The position numbers and the translations under genes are program-made. Of a DNA stretch of 64,000 nucleotides, positions 18,851 through 28,031 are shown in pieces. Each line of letters opens with the position of its first letter. The first letter of the stretch is position 1. A model generated the notes under the pieces. It had not been told where the DNA came from, ran no database searches, and saw only the letters and a list, made by a program, of their open reading frames with translations. The DNA lies in assembly GCA_001464835.1 (NCBI GenBank), contig LNDS01000028.1, positions 127,252 to 191,251 on the forward strand, in the 5' to 3' direction. Source of the stretch: Rhizobiales bacterium Ga0077525 (GTDB lineage Bacteria > Pseudomonadota > Alphaproteobacteria > Rhizobiales > Xanthobacteraceae).

Positions 18851-19192
18851 CGGCCGCCCCCATCCCTAGTCGTGAACACACTGCACTTTAAATACCGCGC
18901 GTCCGTGGTAGTAGCTCAGCACCTCCCGATGAACGCGACGGTCCGACACGAGTTCCACGGCTATATTCAATCAAACCTGCGATGGTACATCAATGCCTCA
19001 AATCGGGAGGAGGCATGCGCTTTTGCCGCAGCCATGCCGGCCGCTGAGTTGCGGTTTTGCCCGTGGGATGCGCCAAAGCGGCGGGTCACAACCGGCCGGG
19101 AATGCGCTATCAAAAGGCCGACTCGTGGCGTTACGGCCATGTCCAGGCAGTGTCCTCGAAGCGACATAAGTGACAACAGGGACTTGAAGGCA

Positions 19193-19705
19193 ATGATGTT
19201 TTTGGATCGCGGCATGCGGCAGGCTATGGGCGTTCTCGCCGTTTTGTGGGTGGTGCCCGCCGCCGCTCAGGAGAACCTCTACGCCAACAAGACGCCGGCA
19301 CAGATTTTCGCCAGCGATTGCGCGATGTGCCACAAGCAGCCGCAATCTTTGGCCAAGGCCGGCGGTCCGCTCGGGTTTGGCATCGAAAGCTTCCTGCGCT
19401 CGCATTATACGGCAAGCCGGGAATCGGCCGCGCTGATGGCCAGATACATCCAGTCTTTCGACGCGCCGGCGGCGGCGCCTGAGCGCAAGCGCGGCGGCAC
19501 CGCGGCGAAGCCCGCCGCCAGGAAACCGGCCGGCGATGCCAAGCCCGGCGATAAAAAGGCCGAGCCAGTCAGCGACACCAAGACAGAAGCCAAACCCGCG
19601 GAGACAAAGCCGGCCGAAGCAAAGCCCGCGGAAAAGCCGCCGGAGGCCAAACCGACAGAGCCGGCAAAGCCTGCCGACGCACCGAAGCCGGAAAAATCCG
19701 AATAA
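19193..19705 (+). CDS. Putative periplasmic c-type cytochrome with Pro/Ala/Glu/Lys-rich tail
   Basis: Signal peptide ending AAA-Q, CAMCH heme motif, repeated KPAE units; start uncertain. Confidence 0.65.
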   Translation: MMFLDRGMRQAMGVLAVLWVVPAAAQENLYANKTPAQIFASDCAMCHKQPQSLAKAGGPLGFGIESFLRSHYTASRESAALMARYIQSFDAPAAAPERKRGGTAAKPAARKPAGDAKPGDKKAEPVSDTKTEAKPAETKPAEAKPAEKPPEAKPTEPAKPADAPKPEKSE

Positions 19706-19732
19706 GTTTTTTTCGTCAGCGTTGCTCATAAG

Positions 19733-19771
19733 AAAAATCCCGCCCCGGACAATGTCCAAGGCGGGATTTTT
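19733..19771. terminator. Bidirectional intrinsic terminator
   Basis: AAAAATCCCGCC...GGCGGGATTTTT between convergent genes. Confidence 0.75.
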
Positions 19772-19792
19772 ATTGTCGCAACGAAAGGAAGC

Positions 19793-20464
19793 TTAAGCTT
19801 CTTCGTCGGTCTTCTTGCGCTTGGCCTTGGCCGGCTTCTCGGCATCGGCAGAGGCTTCGACAGCGGCTTCTTCCGCCGCCGCGTCTTCGGCTTCTTCCTC
19901 TTCGGCGTCGAACAAAGCTTCGGCGCGCGCCTTGGCGGCCTCGGCTTCCGCTTCGGCGTCTTCGGCGTCTTCACGGCGAACGGTGACGGCTTCGCCGCGG
20001 CCGATGCGCTCGGCTTCGGCTTCGCTGCGCGCGACGATAATGGTGACCGAGACTTCGACGTCCGGATGCAGCGCCAGCGGCACCTTGTACTGGCCGATCG
20101 ACTTGATCGGCGCGTTGAGTTCGACCGCCGAGCGGCCGATGGCGTTGCCTTCGGTCGAGATCAAGGTGGCGATGTCGCGGGTCGAGACCGAGCCGAACAA
20201 CTGGCCGGTTTCGGAGGCCTGACGGATGACGGTGAAGGTCTTGCCATCGACCTTGGCGGCAACCTTGCCCGCTTCGCCCTTGCGCTCGAGGCTCTGCGCC
20301 TTGAGCTGTTCCTTCATGCCTTCGTACTTGGCCTTGCTTTCGGCATTGGCGCGCAGCGCCTTGCCGCGCGGCAGCAGGAAGTTGCGGGCGTAGCCGTCCT
20401 TCACTTTGACGACGTCGCCCATTTGGCCGAGCTTGCCGACACGTTCGAGCAGAATGACTTCCAT
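19793..20464 (-). CDS. rplI: 50S ribosomal protein L9
   Basis: [35 protein letters not shown]; acidic C-terminal tail. Confidence 0.97.
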   Translation of the reverse strand: MEVILLERVGKLGQMGDVVKVKDGYARNFLLPRGKALRANAESKAKYEGMKEQLKAQSLERKGEAGKVAAKVDGKTFTVIRQASETGQLFGSVSTRDIATLISTEGNAIGRSAVELNAPIKSIGQYKVPLALHPDVEVSVTIIVARSEAEAERIGRGEAVTVRREDAEDAEAEAEAAKARAEALFDAEEEEAEDAAAEEAAVEASADAEKPAKAKRKKTDEEA

Positions 20465-20506
20465 GGCAGTTCTCCTTGGTGGATCGTTTGCGTGTTGATG
20501 TGAAAC

Positions 20507-21511
20507 TTAAAGCGGAGCAGGGGGACCGCGCTTGCGCGCCGCGCGGGCGCGCAAGCCGAAAGCCGTTTCAGTAATGCCGAGCAGGCAAAGCGCCAGGATC
20601 GGCCAGCCGAAAATCATCACCGAGCCATAGACGCCGCCGAGCACGAAAGGCCGGGCGCGGATGCCGCGCGTGAGCGCATGCAGCACGGCGAAGCCAAGAA
20701 TGCCGTAGGCCATCAGGATGGCGGCGGACAGTGCGCCGGCGACAATGCCGACAAGGCTGTCGAGAAAGCTCAGCGCAATCGACACGGCGAGCGCGACCGT
20801 AAACCCCTTGGGGAATTCGATGTCGGCAAGCACCGGCCACGGCCGCGTCATCCGGCCGGAAAAGGTCACGATGCGCCCGGCAAGCCAGAGATTGAACACG
20901 CTGGTGATGGTCGCGATCACAGCCGCCGCCGGCGGGATGGCCATCACCAGGAAATCGATGATGCGGTCCGGTTTGTCCGAGCTTGGCACTGTAGCGCCGG
21001 GCACGGCGCCGGTTTCGGGACGCAGCAGGCGTGACATTGATTTGCCCAATCCGGCGCGGACGGAGTCAGCGTCGGTGCCGATAAACAGCAGGCCGGCGAC
21101 CACGACCAGCGCCGCCAGTACCGTGGCCCAGACGACGAGACGTCCCGGCGGATACCATTCAAGCGCGGCGGATGCCGCCAAACTGCCCTGCGTGCCGCCC
21201 TGCTGCGCGCCGGTCTCATTGCCAGGCCGCGCCAGCAGCGCCAGATAGCCGAGCCACCAGGCAGGCAGGCCTACGCCGGCGAGAAAGGCGATAAAGAACG
21301 TGCCGCCAAAAGCAACGCCGAGCGCGGCCGAGGCAGAAACCGCCGCGACCAGCGCCGACCAATGGCTCCAGCCCAAGCCTGCGATCATGATGGGGAGGGG
21401 AGCGATGTAGAACAGCGGCACCGACATCCAGGTGCCGGATGTCACCGACGCGAACAGCAAAGCTGCCGCCGCGCCCGCGCCTATGCCTACCAGGCCGATT
21501 TGCAACATCAC
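20507..21511 (-). CDS. DUF2232/YybS-like membrane protein
   Basis: Multi-TM protein with APLPIMIAGLGW and EWYPPGRL; conserved position between rpsR and rplI. Confidence 0.75.
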   Translation of the reverse strand: MMLQIGLVGIGAGAAAALLFASVTSGTWMSVPLFYIAPLPIMIAGLGWSHWSALVAAVSASAALGVAFGGTFFIAFLAGVGLPAWWLGYLALLARPGNETGAQQGGTQGSLAASAALEWYPPGRLVVWATVLAALVVVAGLLFIGTDADSVRAGLGKSMSRLLRPETGAVPGATVPSSDKPDRIIDFLVMAIPPAAAVIATITSVFNLWLAGRIVTFSGRMTRPWPVLADIEFPKGFTVALAVSIALSFLDSLVGIVAGALSAAILMAYGILGFAVLHALTRGIRARPFVLGGVYGSVMIFGWPILALCLLGITETAFGLRARAARKRGPPAPL

Positions 21512-21576
21512 GAGCTGTCCCGCTGCGAGAGCGGTTAGAGAGGGTGGTGGTTACACCCTCCCAACCATCTTGATTT

Positions 21577-21681
21577 CGTCATTCCGGGGCGCGCTGAAAG
21601 CGCGAACCCGGAATCCAGTTCCATATTCCGTCATTGCCTCTGGATTCCGGGTTCACGCAATTGCGCGTGCCCCGGAATGAC
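21577..21681. repeat. CGTC-type REP-like composite palindromic element
   Basis: 13-bp terminal IR GTCATTCCGGGGC/GCCCCGGAATGAC, 15-bp inner IR GAACCCGGAATCCAG/CTGGATTCCGGGTTC. Confidence 0.8.
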
Positions 21682-21685
21682 AGAA

Positions 21686-21961
21686 CTAGCGAATAACGTA
21701 AGGCAGCAAACCGAGGAAGCGCGACCGCTTGATCGCCTGCGCCAGTTCGCGCTGCTTCTTGGCCGACACCGCGGTGATGCGGGAAGGCACGATCTTGCCG
21801 CGCTCTGAGACGTAACGCTGCAACAGCTTGACGTCCTTGTAGTCGATCTTCGGAGCGCCTGCGCCGGAGAACGGGCAGGTCTTACGACGGCGGAAGAAAG
21901 GACGGCGGGCGCCACCGGCTCCGCCTGCGCCACCGGCACCTTGGGATGATCCGAATGCCAT
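21686..21961 (-). CDS. rpsR: 30S ribosomal protein S18
   Basis: [25 protein letters not shown]...[19 protein letters not shown]. Confidence 0.98.
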   Translation of the reverse strand: MAFGSSQGAGGAGGAGGARRPFFRRRKTCPFSGAGAPKIDYKDVKLLQRYVSERGKIVPSRITAVSAKKQRELAQAIKRSRFLGLLPYVIR

Positions 21962-21964
21962 GGT

Positions 21965-22408
21965 TTAGTCCTCCACTGAGGCGTCTTGAGAATCGTCATC
22001 GCGGCGCGGGCGGCGTTCGCCGCCGCGTCCGCCGCGGTCGCCGCCGCGGTCGCCACGATCGCCACGGTCACCGCGATCGTCACGATCGGATTTGCGCATC
22101 ATCGCGGAAGGGCCTTCTTCCAGCTCTTCGACGCGGATGGTGAGGTAACGCAGGCAATCTTCGCTCAAACGCTCCTGGCGCTCGACTTCGGTCAGCGCCG
22201 CGGACGGCGCATCGACGTTGAGCAGCGTGAGGTGCGCCTTGCGGTTCTTGGCAATGCGGTAAGAGAGGGACTTGAGGCCCCAATATTCGGTCTTGGTGAT
22301 CTTGCCGCCGGCGTCGGTGATGACGGCCGACAGCTTCGCGGTCAATTCCTCGACCTGCTGCACGCTCAGATCCTGGCGCGCCATATAGACGTGTTCGTAC
22401 AATGGCAT
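21965..22408 (-). CDS. rpsF: 30S ribosomal protein S6
   Basis: [34 protein letters not shown]. Confidence 0.97.
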   Translation of the reverse strand: MPLYEHVYMARQDLSVQQVEELTAKLSAVITDAGGKITKTEYWGLKSLSYRIAKNRKAHLTLLNVDAPSAALTEVERQERLSEDCLRYLTIRVEELEEGPSAMMRKSDRDDRGDRGDRGDRGGDRGGRGGERRPRRDDDSQDASVED

Positions 22409-22648
22409 GAAATGCCTTTCCCTTGTTATATCCGCGACCCCGGCGCCTAGCCCTCCAAGCCTTTCGGGAAAGGCTTGAAACTGCTCTGAAGGCGGAAACA
22501 CGGGACGCCGGGCGTGAGGCCCTACCGGGGTTTATTCCGGCCGTCCGTTCAGTCCCCAACCAAGGTCGAAGAAGATGCGCGGTTTATAGGGGGTTCGGCG
22601 CAAAACGCAAGCACTCAAGGGGGCAAAAGAGGCTGTTCAGGCCGCCCT

Positions 22649-22885
22649 TTAGGCGACTTTTGGACCGGGCTTGCGGTCCTTCTGATGCAGCCGGTCGGCC
22701 AGTTTGACGGCCAGATCGACGCCTTCTTTGATCTGGCGGACGCTGACCGGGTCCTTATCGTTGTTTTTGCGCATATGATTGAGGGCGGCCAGCAGGCGCT
22801 CAAGGTTGTGCGCCAGCAATTGCTGGCGGAACTCCGGATCGCTCCGGGCCCGCGCAATATCGTCCTCGGTGGCCAGATCGCTCAT
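22649..22885 (-). CDS. Small hypothetical helical protein (78 aa)
   Basis: MSDLATEDDIARARSDPEFRQQLLA...; fills the rpsF-fabD gap with plausible composition. Confidence 0.6.
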   Translation of the reverse strand: MSDLATEDDIARARSDPEFRQQLLAHNLERLLAALNHMRKNNDKDPVSVRQIKEGVDLAVKLADRLHQKDRKPGPKVA

Positions 22886-23017
22886 GATGGCAAAAAGCCT
22901 ACAGCCGGAGTCTTTTAGGTTGGTTACCGGGAATTGTGCACTTTGAACTAGTGCCAGTTGACAGAACCGGCCGCACAGGTGTCTTTCGGCCCGAAAATTC
23001 ACGGCAAAGGCGGTAAC

Positions 23018-23962
23018 ATGGCGGCAGCGTTCGTATTTCCGGGCCAGGGCAGTCAGGCGGTCGGCATGGGCAAGGCGCTGGCGGCCAATTTCCCGGCGGC
23101 GCAGGCGGTCTTCGACGAAGTCGATGACGCGCTCGGCGCCAAGCTCAGCGCCACCATTTTCGAGGGCCCGGCGGAGACGCTGACGCTCACCGAAAACGCG
23201 CAGCCGGCGCTGATGGCGATGTCGCTCGCCGTGTTCCGCGTGCTGCAAGCCGAAGCCGGCCTCGATCTTGCGCGCGATGCGAAGTTCGTCGCCGGCCATT
23301 CGCTCGGCGAATATTCGGCGCTCGCCGCCGCCGGCACGTTCAGCGTCGCCGATGCGGCGCGGCTGTTGCGCACGCGCGGCCAGGCCATGCAGAAAGCCGT
23401 TCCCGTCGGGGTTGGCGCCATGGCCGCGCTGATCGGGCTTGAATTCGACACCGCGGTCGCGGTCGCCGCCGAAGCCGCACAAGGACAGGTATGTCAGGCG
23501 GCCAATGACAACGGCGGCGGCCAGGTTGTCGTCTCCGGCGACAAAGCCGCGGTCGAGCGCGCCGTCGAGATCGCCAAGGCCAAGGGCGCCAAGCGCGCCA
23601 TGTTGCTGGTCGTGTCCGCGCCGTTCCATTGCGCCTTGATGGCGCCCGCCGCCGAGGTGATGGCGCAGGCCTTGGCGCAAGTGAAGGTCAACGCGCCGGC
23701 GGTGCCGGTGGTCGCCAATGTGCTCGCCGGTCCGGCCAGCGATCCGGCCGACATTGTACGTTCGCTGGTCGCGCAGGTGACCGGCACTGTACGCTGGCGC
23801 GAATCGGTCGCCTATATGGCGGGCGCCGGCGTCACGTCTTTTTACGAAATCGGCGCCGGCAAGGTGCTGAGCGGTCTGATCAAGCGCATTGCCGACGGTG
23901 CGACGACCGCCGCTGTCGGCACGCCGGACGACGTCGCTGCGTTTAAAGCCGGGAGAAATTAA
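23018..23962 (+). CDS. fabD: Malonyl CoA-ACP transacylase
   Basis: FPGQGSQ, QPAL, GHSLGEYSAL, SAPFHC, EIGAGKVL. Confidence 0.97.
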   Translation: MAAAFVFPGQGSQAVGMGKALAANFPAAQAVFDEVDDALGAKLSATIFEGPAETLTLTENAQPALMAMSLAVFRVLQAEAGLDLARDAKFVAGHSLGEYSALAAAGTFSVADAARLLRTRGQAMQKAVPVGVGAMAALIGLEFDTAVAVAAEAAQGQVCQAANDNGGGQVVVSGDKAAVERAVEIAKAKGAKRAMLLVVSAPFHCALMAPAAEVMAQALAQVKVNAPAVPVVANVLAGPASDPADIVRSLVAQVTGTVRWRESVAYMAGAGVTSFYEIGAGKVLSGLIKRIADGATTAAVGTPDDVAAFKAGRN

Positions 23963-23965
23963 GTG

Positions 23966-24703
23966 ATGTTCGATTTAAGCGGCAAGACCGCGCTGATTAC
24001 CGGCGCCAGCGGCGCCATTGGCGGCGGCATCGCGCGCGCCTTTCACTGCCAGGGGGCGACCGTTGCGCTGTCGGGAACGCGGCGCGAACAACTAGACACG
24101 CTCGCCGCCGAACTTGGCGAACGCGTTTATGTGCTGCCGTGCGATCTGTCCGATATGGCCGCTGTTGAAACTTTGGTGCCGGATGCCGAGAAGGCGATGG
24201 GCAAGCTCGATATCCTGGTCGCCAATGCCGGCATGAACCGCGACAATCTCTTCGTGCAGTTGAAGGACGAAGACTGGGACCGCGTCATCGCCGTCAACCT
24301 GACCGCGACTTTCCGTCTCACCCGCGCCGCGGTCTCGGTCATGATGCGGCGGCGCTTCGGCCGCATCATCGGCATTTCCTCGATCGTCGGCTTCACCGGC
24401 AATCCGGGGCAGGGCAATTACACGGCGGCGAAGGCCGGCATGGTCGGCATGATGAAATCGGTCGCGGCCGAATACGCCAAGCGCAACGTCACCGCCAACT
24501 GCATCGCGCCCGGCGTCATCGCCAGTCCGATGATCGACAAGCTCAACGACAAGCAGCGCGAGGGCATTATGGACAAGGTTCCATCGCGCAAGCTCGGCCA
24601 GCCCGCCGATATCGCGGCGGCGGCGGTTTATCTGGCCTCGGACGAGGCGCATTACGTCACCGGACAGACCATCCATGTCAACGGCGGCATGGTGATGTAC
24701 TGA
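23966..24703 (+). CDS. fabG: 3-oxoacyl-ACP reductase
   Basis: TGASGAIG, NAG..RDNL, GNPGQGNYTAAKAG; fab operon context. Confidence 0.95.
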   Translation: MFDLSGKTALITGASGAIGGGIARAFHCQGATVALSGTRREQLDTLAAELGERVYVLPCDLSDMAAVETLVPDAEKAMGKLDILVANAGMNRDNLFVQLKDEDWDRVIAVNLTATFRLTRAAVSVMMRRRFGRIIGISSIVGFTGNPGQGNYTAAKAGMVGMMKSVAAEYAKRNVTANCIAPGVIASPMIDKLNDKQREGIMDKVPSRKLGQPADIAAAAVYLASDEAHYVTGQTIHVNGGMVMY

Positions 24704-24962
24704 TTGGAATTGCATTGGAATTGCTTGGCTTTTCGCCTCCGGGCGGGCTACGCTGGGGCGCGCTAGCAAACGCAAATGAAGTATGGTAACCGAATTTCGG
24801 CCCGGCTGGGGCGGCCGATGGCGGATGTCTCCTCTCGATGCCTTCGAGAGTGCTCCGCGATCCGAAGTCGTCTGAGCCACCGTCACCACGACGAGGCCGA
24901 ACCGCGATGGTTGCGATCCGATCCGGCTCGCAGCCCAATTTAATAAGCACGAGGTTAGACCG

Positions 24963-25202
24963 ATGAGTGACATTGCCGAGCGGGTGAAGAAGATCGTCGT
25001 GGAGCATCTTGGCGTGGAGCCCGACAAGGTGATCGAAGCGGCGAGCTTCATCGATGATCTTGGCGCCGACAGTCTCGACACCGTCGAGCTGGTGATGGCA
25101 TTCGAAGAAGAATTCGGTTGCGAAATTCCCGATGACGCCGCCGAAACCATTCTCACCGTCGGCGATGCCGTTAAATTTCTCGAAAAAAACGCGAAAAGCT
25201 GA
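24963..25202 (+). CDS. acpP: Acyl carrier protein
   Basis: [20 protein letters not shown]. Confidence 0.98.
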   Translation: MSDIAERVKKIVVEHLGVEPDKVIEAASFIDDLGADSLDTVELVMAFEEEFGCEIPDDAAETILTVGDAVKFLEKNAKS

Positions 25203-25292
25203 GCCGGCGCTGACGCTGCTCATTAGCTTTGTTCGTTATGGGCTGCTGAGCTGTGCGCTGCGCGGCACAGGAAATTTTGCGTGGAGCCGGGT

Positions 25293-26558
25293 ATGAGACG
25301 GGTCGTCGTCACCGGAATGGGAATGCTGACGCCGCTTGGCTGCGGCGTCGAAGCGACATGGAGCCGCTTGCTGAAAGGCGAGAGCGGCGCCAAGCGCATC
25401 GACACGTTCGAAATCGAGGATATCGCCTGCAAGATCGCCTGCATGATCCCGCGCGGCGACGGCTCGAACGGCACCTACAATCCCGACCAGTGGATGGAGC
25501 CGAAGGAGCAGCGCAAGGTCGATGATTTCATCGTCTACGCGATGTGCGCGGCCAAGCAGGCGCTCGACGATGCCGGCTGGCATCCCAAGACGCATGAGGA
25601 CCAGTGCGCCACCGGCGTCGTCATCGGCTCCGGCATTGGCGGCATCGAAGGCATCGCCGACATGGCGGTGACCTTGCACGAGAAGGGGCCGCGCCGGGTC
25701 TCGCCGTTCTTTATTCCCGGCCGCATTATCAATCTGGCCTCCGGCTTCGTCTCGATCGAGCATGGCCTAAAAGGCCCGAACCATGCGGTGGTCACCGCCT
25801 GTTCGACCGGCGCGCATGCGATTGGCGATGCCGCCCGCATGGTCGCGCTGGGCGACGCCGATGTGATGGTCGCCGGCGGCACCGAATCCCCGGTCAACCG
25901 CATGGCGATGGCCGGCTTTGCCGCGCTGCGCGCACTATCGACCAATTTCAACGACGAGCCGACGCGGGCCTCGCGGCCTTACGACAAGGCCCGCGACGGC
26001 TTCGTCATGGGCGAGGGCGCCGGCTGCGTCGTCGTCGAAGAACTCGAACATGCCAAGGCGCGCGGCGCCAAGATCTACGCCGAACTGATCGGCTACGGCC
26101 TGTCGGGCGACGCCTATCACATCACCGCGCCGTCGCCGGACGGCGATGGTGCGTTCCGCTGCATGAGCATGGCGATCAAGCGCGCCGGCATTACGCCCGG
26201 CGATATCGACTACATCAATGCGCACGGCACTTCGACGCCGCTCGGCGACGAAATCGAACTCGGCGCCGTGCAGCGGCTGGTCGGCAATGCCGCAAGCACC
26301 GTGTCGATGTCCTCGACCAAGTCCTGCATCGGCCATCTGCTGGGCGCTGCCGGCGCGGTCGAGGCGATTTTCTCGATCCTAGCGGTGCGCGACGGCATCG
26401 TGCCGCCGACCATCAATCTCGAGAACCCGTCGGTAGAGACGCCGATCGACCTGACGCCGAACAAGGCGCGCGAACGCAAGATCGATGTCGCTTTGTCGAA
26501 TTCGTTCGGCTTCGGCGGCACCAATGCCTCGCTGATCTTCCGCCGGCACGTCGCCTGA
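25293..26558 (+). CDS. fabF: 3-oxoacyl-ACP synthase II
   Basis: RRVVVTG, TACSTG, RDGFVMGEGAG, NAHGTST, GHLLGAAG, SNSFGFGG. Confidence 0.97.
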   Translation: MRRVVVTGMGMLTPLGCGVEATWSRLLKGESGAKRIDTFEIEDIACKIACMIPRGDGSNGTYNPDQWMEPKEQRKVDDFIVYAMCAAKQALDDAGWHPKTHEDQCATGVVIGSGIGGIEGIADMAVTLHEKGPRRVSPFFIPGRIINLASGFVSIEHGLKGPNHAVVTACSTGAHAIGDAARMVALGDADVMVAGGTESPVNRMAMAGFAALRALSTNFNDEPTRASRPYDKARDGFVMGEGAGCVVVEELEHAKARGAKIYAELIGYGLSGDAYHITAPSPDGDGAFRCMSMAIKRAGITPGDIDYINAHGTSTPLGDEIELGAVQRLVGNAASTVSMSSTKSCIGHLLGAAGAVEAIFSILAVRDGIVPPTINLENPSVETPIDLTPNKARERKIDVALSNSFGFGGTNASLIFRRHVA

Positions 26559-26569
26559 AAGCAGGATAT

Positions 26570-26608
26570 CCGGCCGGCCGGCCGGCCGGTGGCCGGCCGG
26601 TGGCCGGG
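26570..26608. repeat. (CCGG)n simple sequence repeat
   Basis: CCGG x5 followed by TGGCCGGCCGGTGGCCGG, just after the fabF stop. Confidence 0.8.
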
Positions 26609-26750
26609 CGGGAGAAAGCCGGTTGCGGCCGATTGCGGGCTGGCCTCGGCACCCCAGCTTCGCCATAATTGTCTCCAACCTTCGAGCGTGATTGTGGTTT
26701 TTCGGCTCCGCCGCGGCGGATAGGCGGGTGCTGACAGTGAGAGCGGTCCA

Positions 26751-27953
26751 TTGAATTCGAATTTTCCTCGGAACGGCGGTCAGCCCGTGCCGCCTCCGCC
26801 GGGCGCCAACTCGCCGGCGGCCAAGGCGCCGCGTTCGCCGCGCGTTGCGCTTGAGCCGGAACGGGTGCCGCCGCCGATGCGCCGCTCGAGGCGCGTCCGC
26901 CATCCGCTGGTGATCGTCGGCAATGCCATCTTCACGCTGCTGGTGCTGATCGTGGTGGTGGCCGGCGCCGGCCTTTATTACGGCAAGCAGATTTTCGAAG
27001 CGCCCGGTCCGCTACCCGCCGACAAGATCGTCAACATCCCGAACGGGCTCGGCATTAAGGAAATCTCCGACGTGCTGGTGCGCGAAGGCGTGATTGAAAA
27101 CCCTTATGTCTTCATGGGCGGGGTGATCGTGGTCAAATCGCGCGGCTCGCTCAAGCACGGTGAGTACCAGTTCACCAGGAACGCCAGCCTGTCTGACGTG
27201 GTCGACACCATCACCGAAGGCAAGGTGGTGCAGCATGCCTTCACCGTCGCCGAGGGCCTGACCTCCGAACAGATCGTCGCCCGTCTTCTCGAAACGACGT
27301 CCTTGTCCGGCCAGATCCGGGAAATTCCGCGCGAAGGCACGTTGCTGCCGGAAACCTATAAATTCACCCGCGGCATGGAGCGTTCGCTGATCATCCAGCG
27401 CATGCAAGCTGCGCAGAAGCGCGCCGTGCAGGATGCGTGGGCGCGCCGCTCGCCCGATCTGCCGATCTCGACGCCGGAGCAACTGGTCACGCTCGCCTCG
27501 ATCGTCGAGAAGGAAACCGGCAAGCCGGACGAACGCACGCGCGTCGCCGCCGTCTTCGTCAACCGCCTCAAGCTCAAGATGCGGCTGCAATCCGATCCGA
27601 CGATCATCTACGGCCTGACCGGCGGCAAGGGTGCGCTCGGCCGTCCGATCCAGAAGAACGAAATCGAGCAGCCGACGCCGTACAATACCTATGTCATCGA
27701 CGGGCTGCCGCCGGGACCGATCGCCAATCCGGGCAAGGCTTCGCTGGAAGCCACCGCGACGCCGGCGCGCACGAAGGAATTGTATTTCGTTGCCGACGGC
27801 ACCGGCGGCCATGCATTCTCGGAAAACTACGCCGACCACCAGAAGCACGTGGCGCGCCTGCGCGCGCTGGAACGTGGCGAAGCGCCGCCGGTCGAAGCGC
27901 CGGCGCCCCGGCGCAACAACGCGCCAGCCGCGTCGTCAGCGCCCCGGCGTTAG
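26751..27953 (+). CDS. mltG: Endolytic transglycosylase MltG
   Basis: N-terminal TM, EGTLLPETY, LASIVEKE, NRL...MRLQSDPT, YNTY...GLPPGPI.NPG. Confidence 0.93.
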   Translation: MNSNFPRNGGQPVPPPPGANSPAAKAPRSPRVALEPERVPPPMRRSRRVRHPLVIVGNAIFTLLVLIVVVAGAGLYYGKQIFEAPGPLPADKIVNIPNGLGIKEISDVLVREGVIENPYVFMGGVIVVKSRGSLKHGEYQFTRNASLSDVVDTITEGKVVQHAFTVAEGLTSEQIVARLLETTSLSGQIREIPREGTLLPETYKFTRGMERSLIIQRMQAAQKRAVQDAWARRSPDLPISTPEQLVTLASIVEKETGKPDERTRVAAVFVNRLKLKMRLQSDPTIIYGLTGGKGALGRPIQKNEIEQPTPYNTYVIDGLPPGPIANPGKASLEATATPARTKELYFVADGTGGHAFSENYADHQKHVARLRALERGEAPPVEAPAPRRNNAPAASSAPRR

Positions 27954-28031
27954 GGTGGCGCGGTTCGGCTTGTGAGGCCACTGGCACGCCGGTAATGTCG
28001 CGCCACTTCAAGAACGATTCAGCAACAAGAG

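Noticed and set aside
18922-19010. 9-bp inverted repeat CCTCCCGAT/ATCGGGAGG in the cfa upstream region
   Set aside because: Short, widely spaced and without other support for an sRNA or mobile element.
19540-19700. Short repeated DNA units that might suggest a CRISPR or tandem array
   Set aside because: They are degenerate codon repeats for KPAE peptides; no constant repeat with unique spacers and no cas genes.
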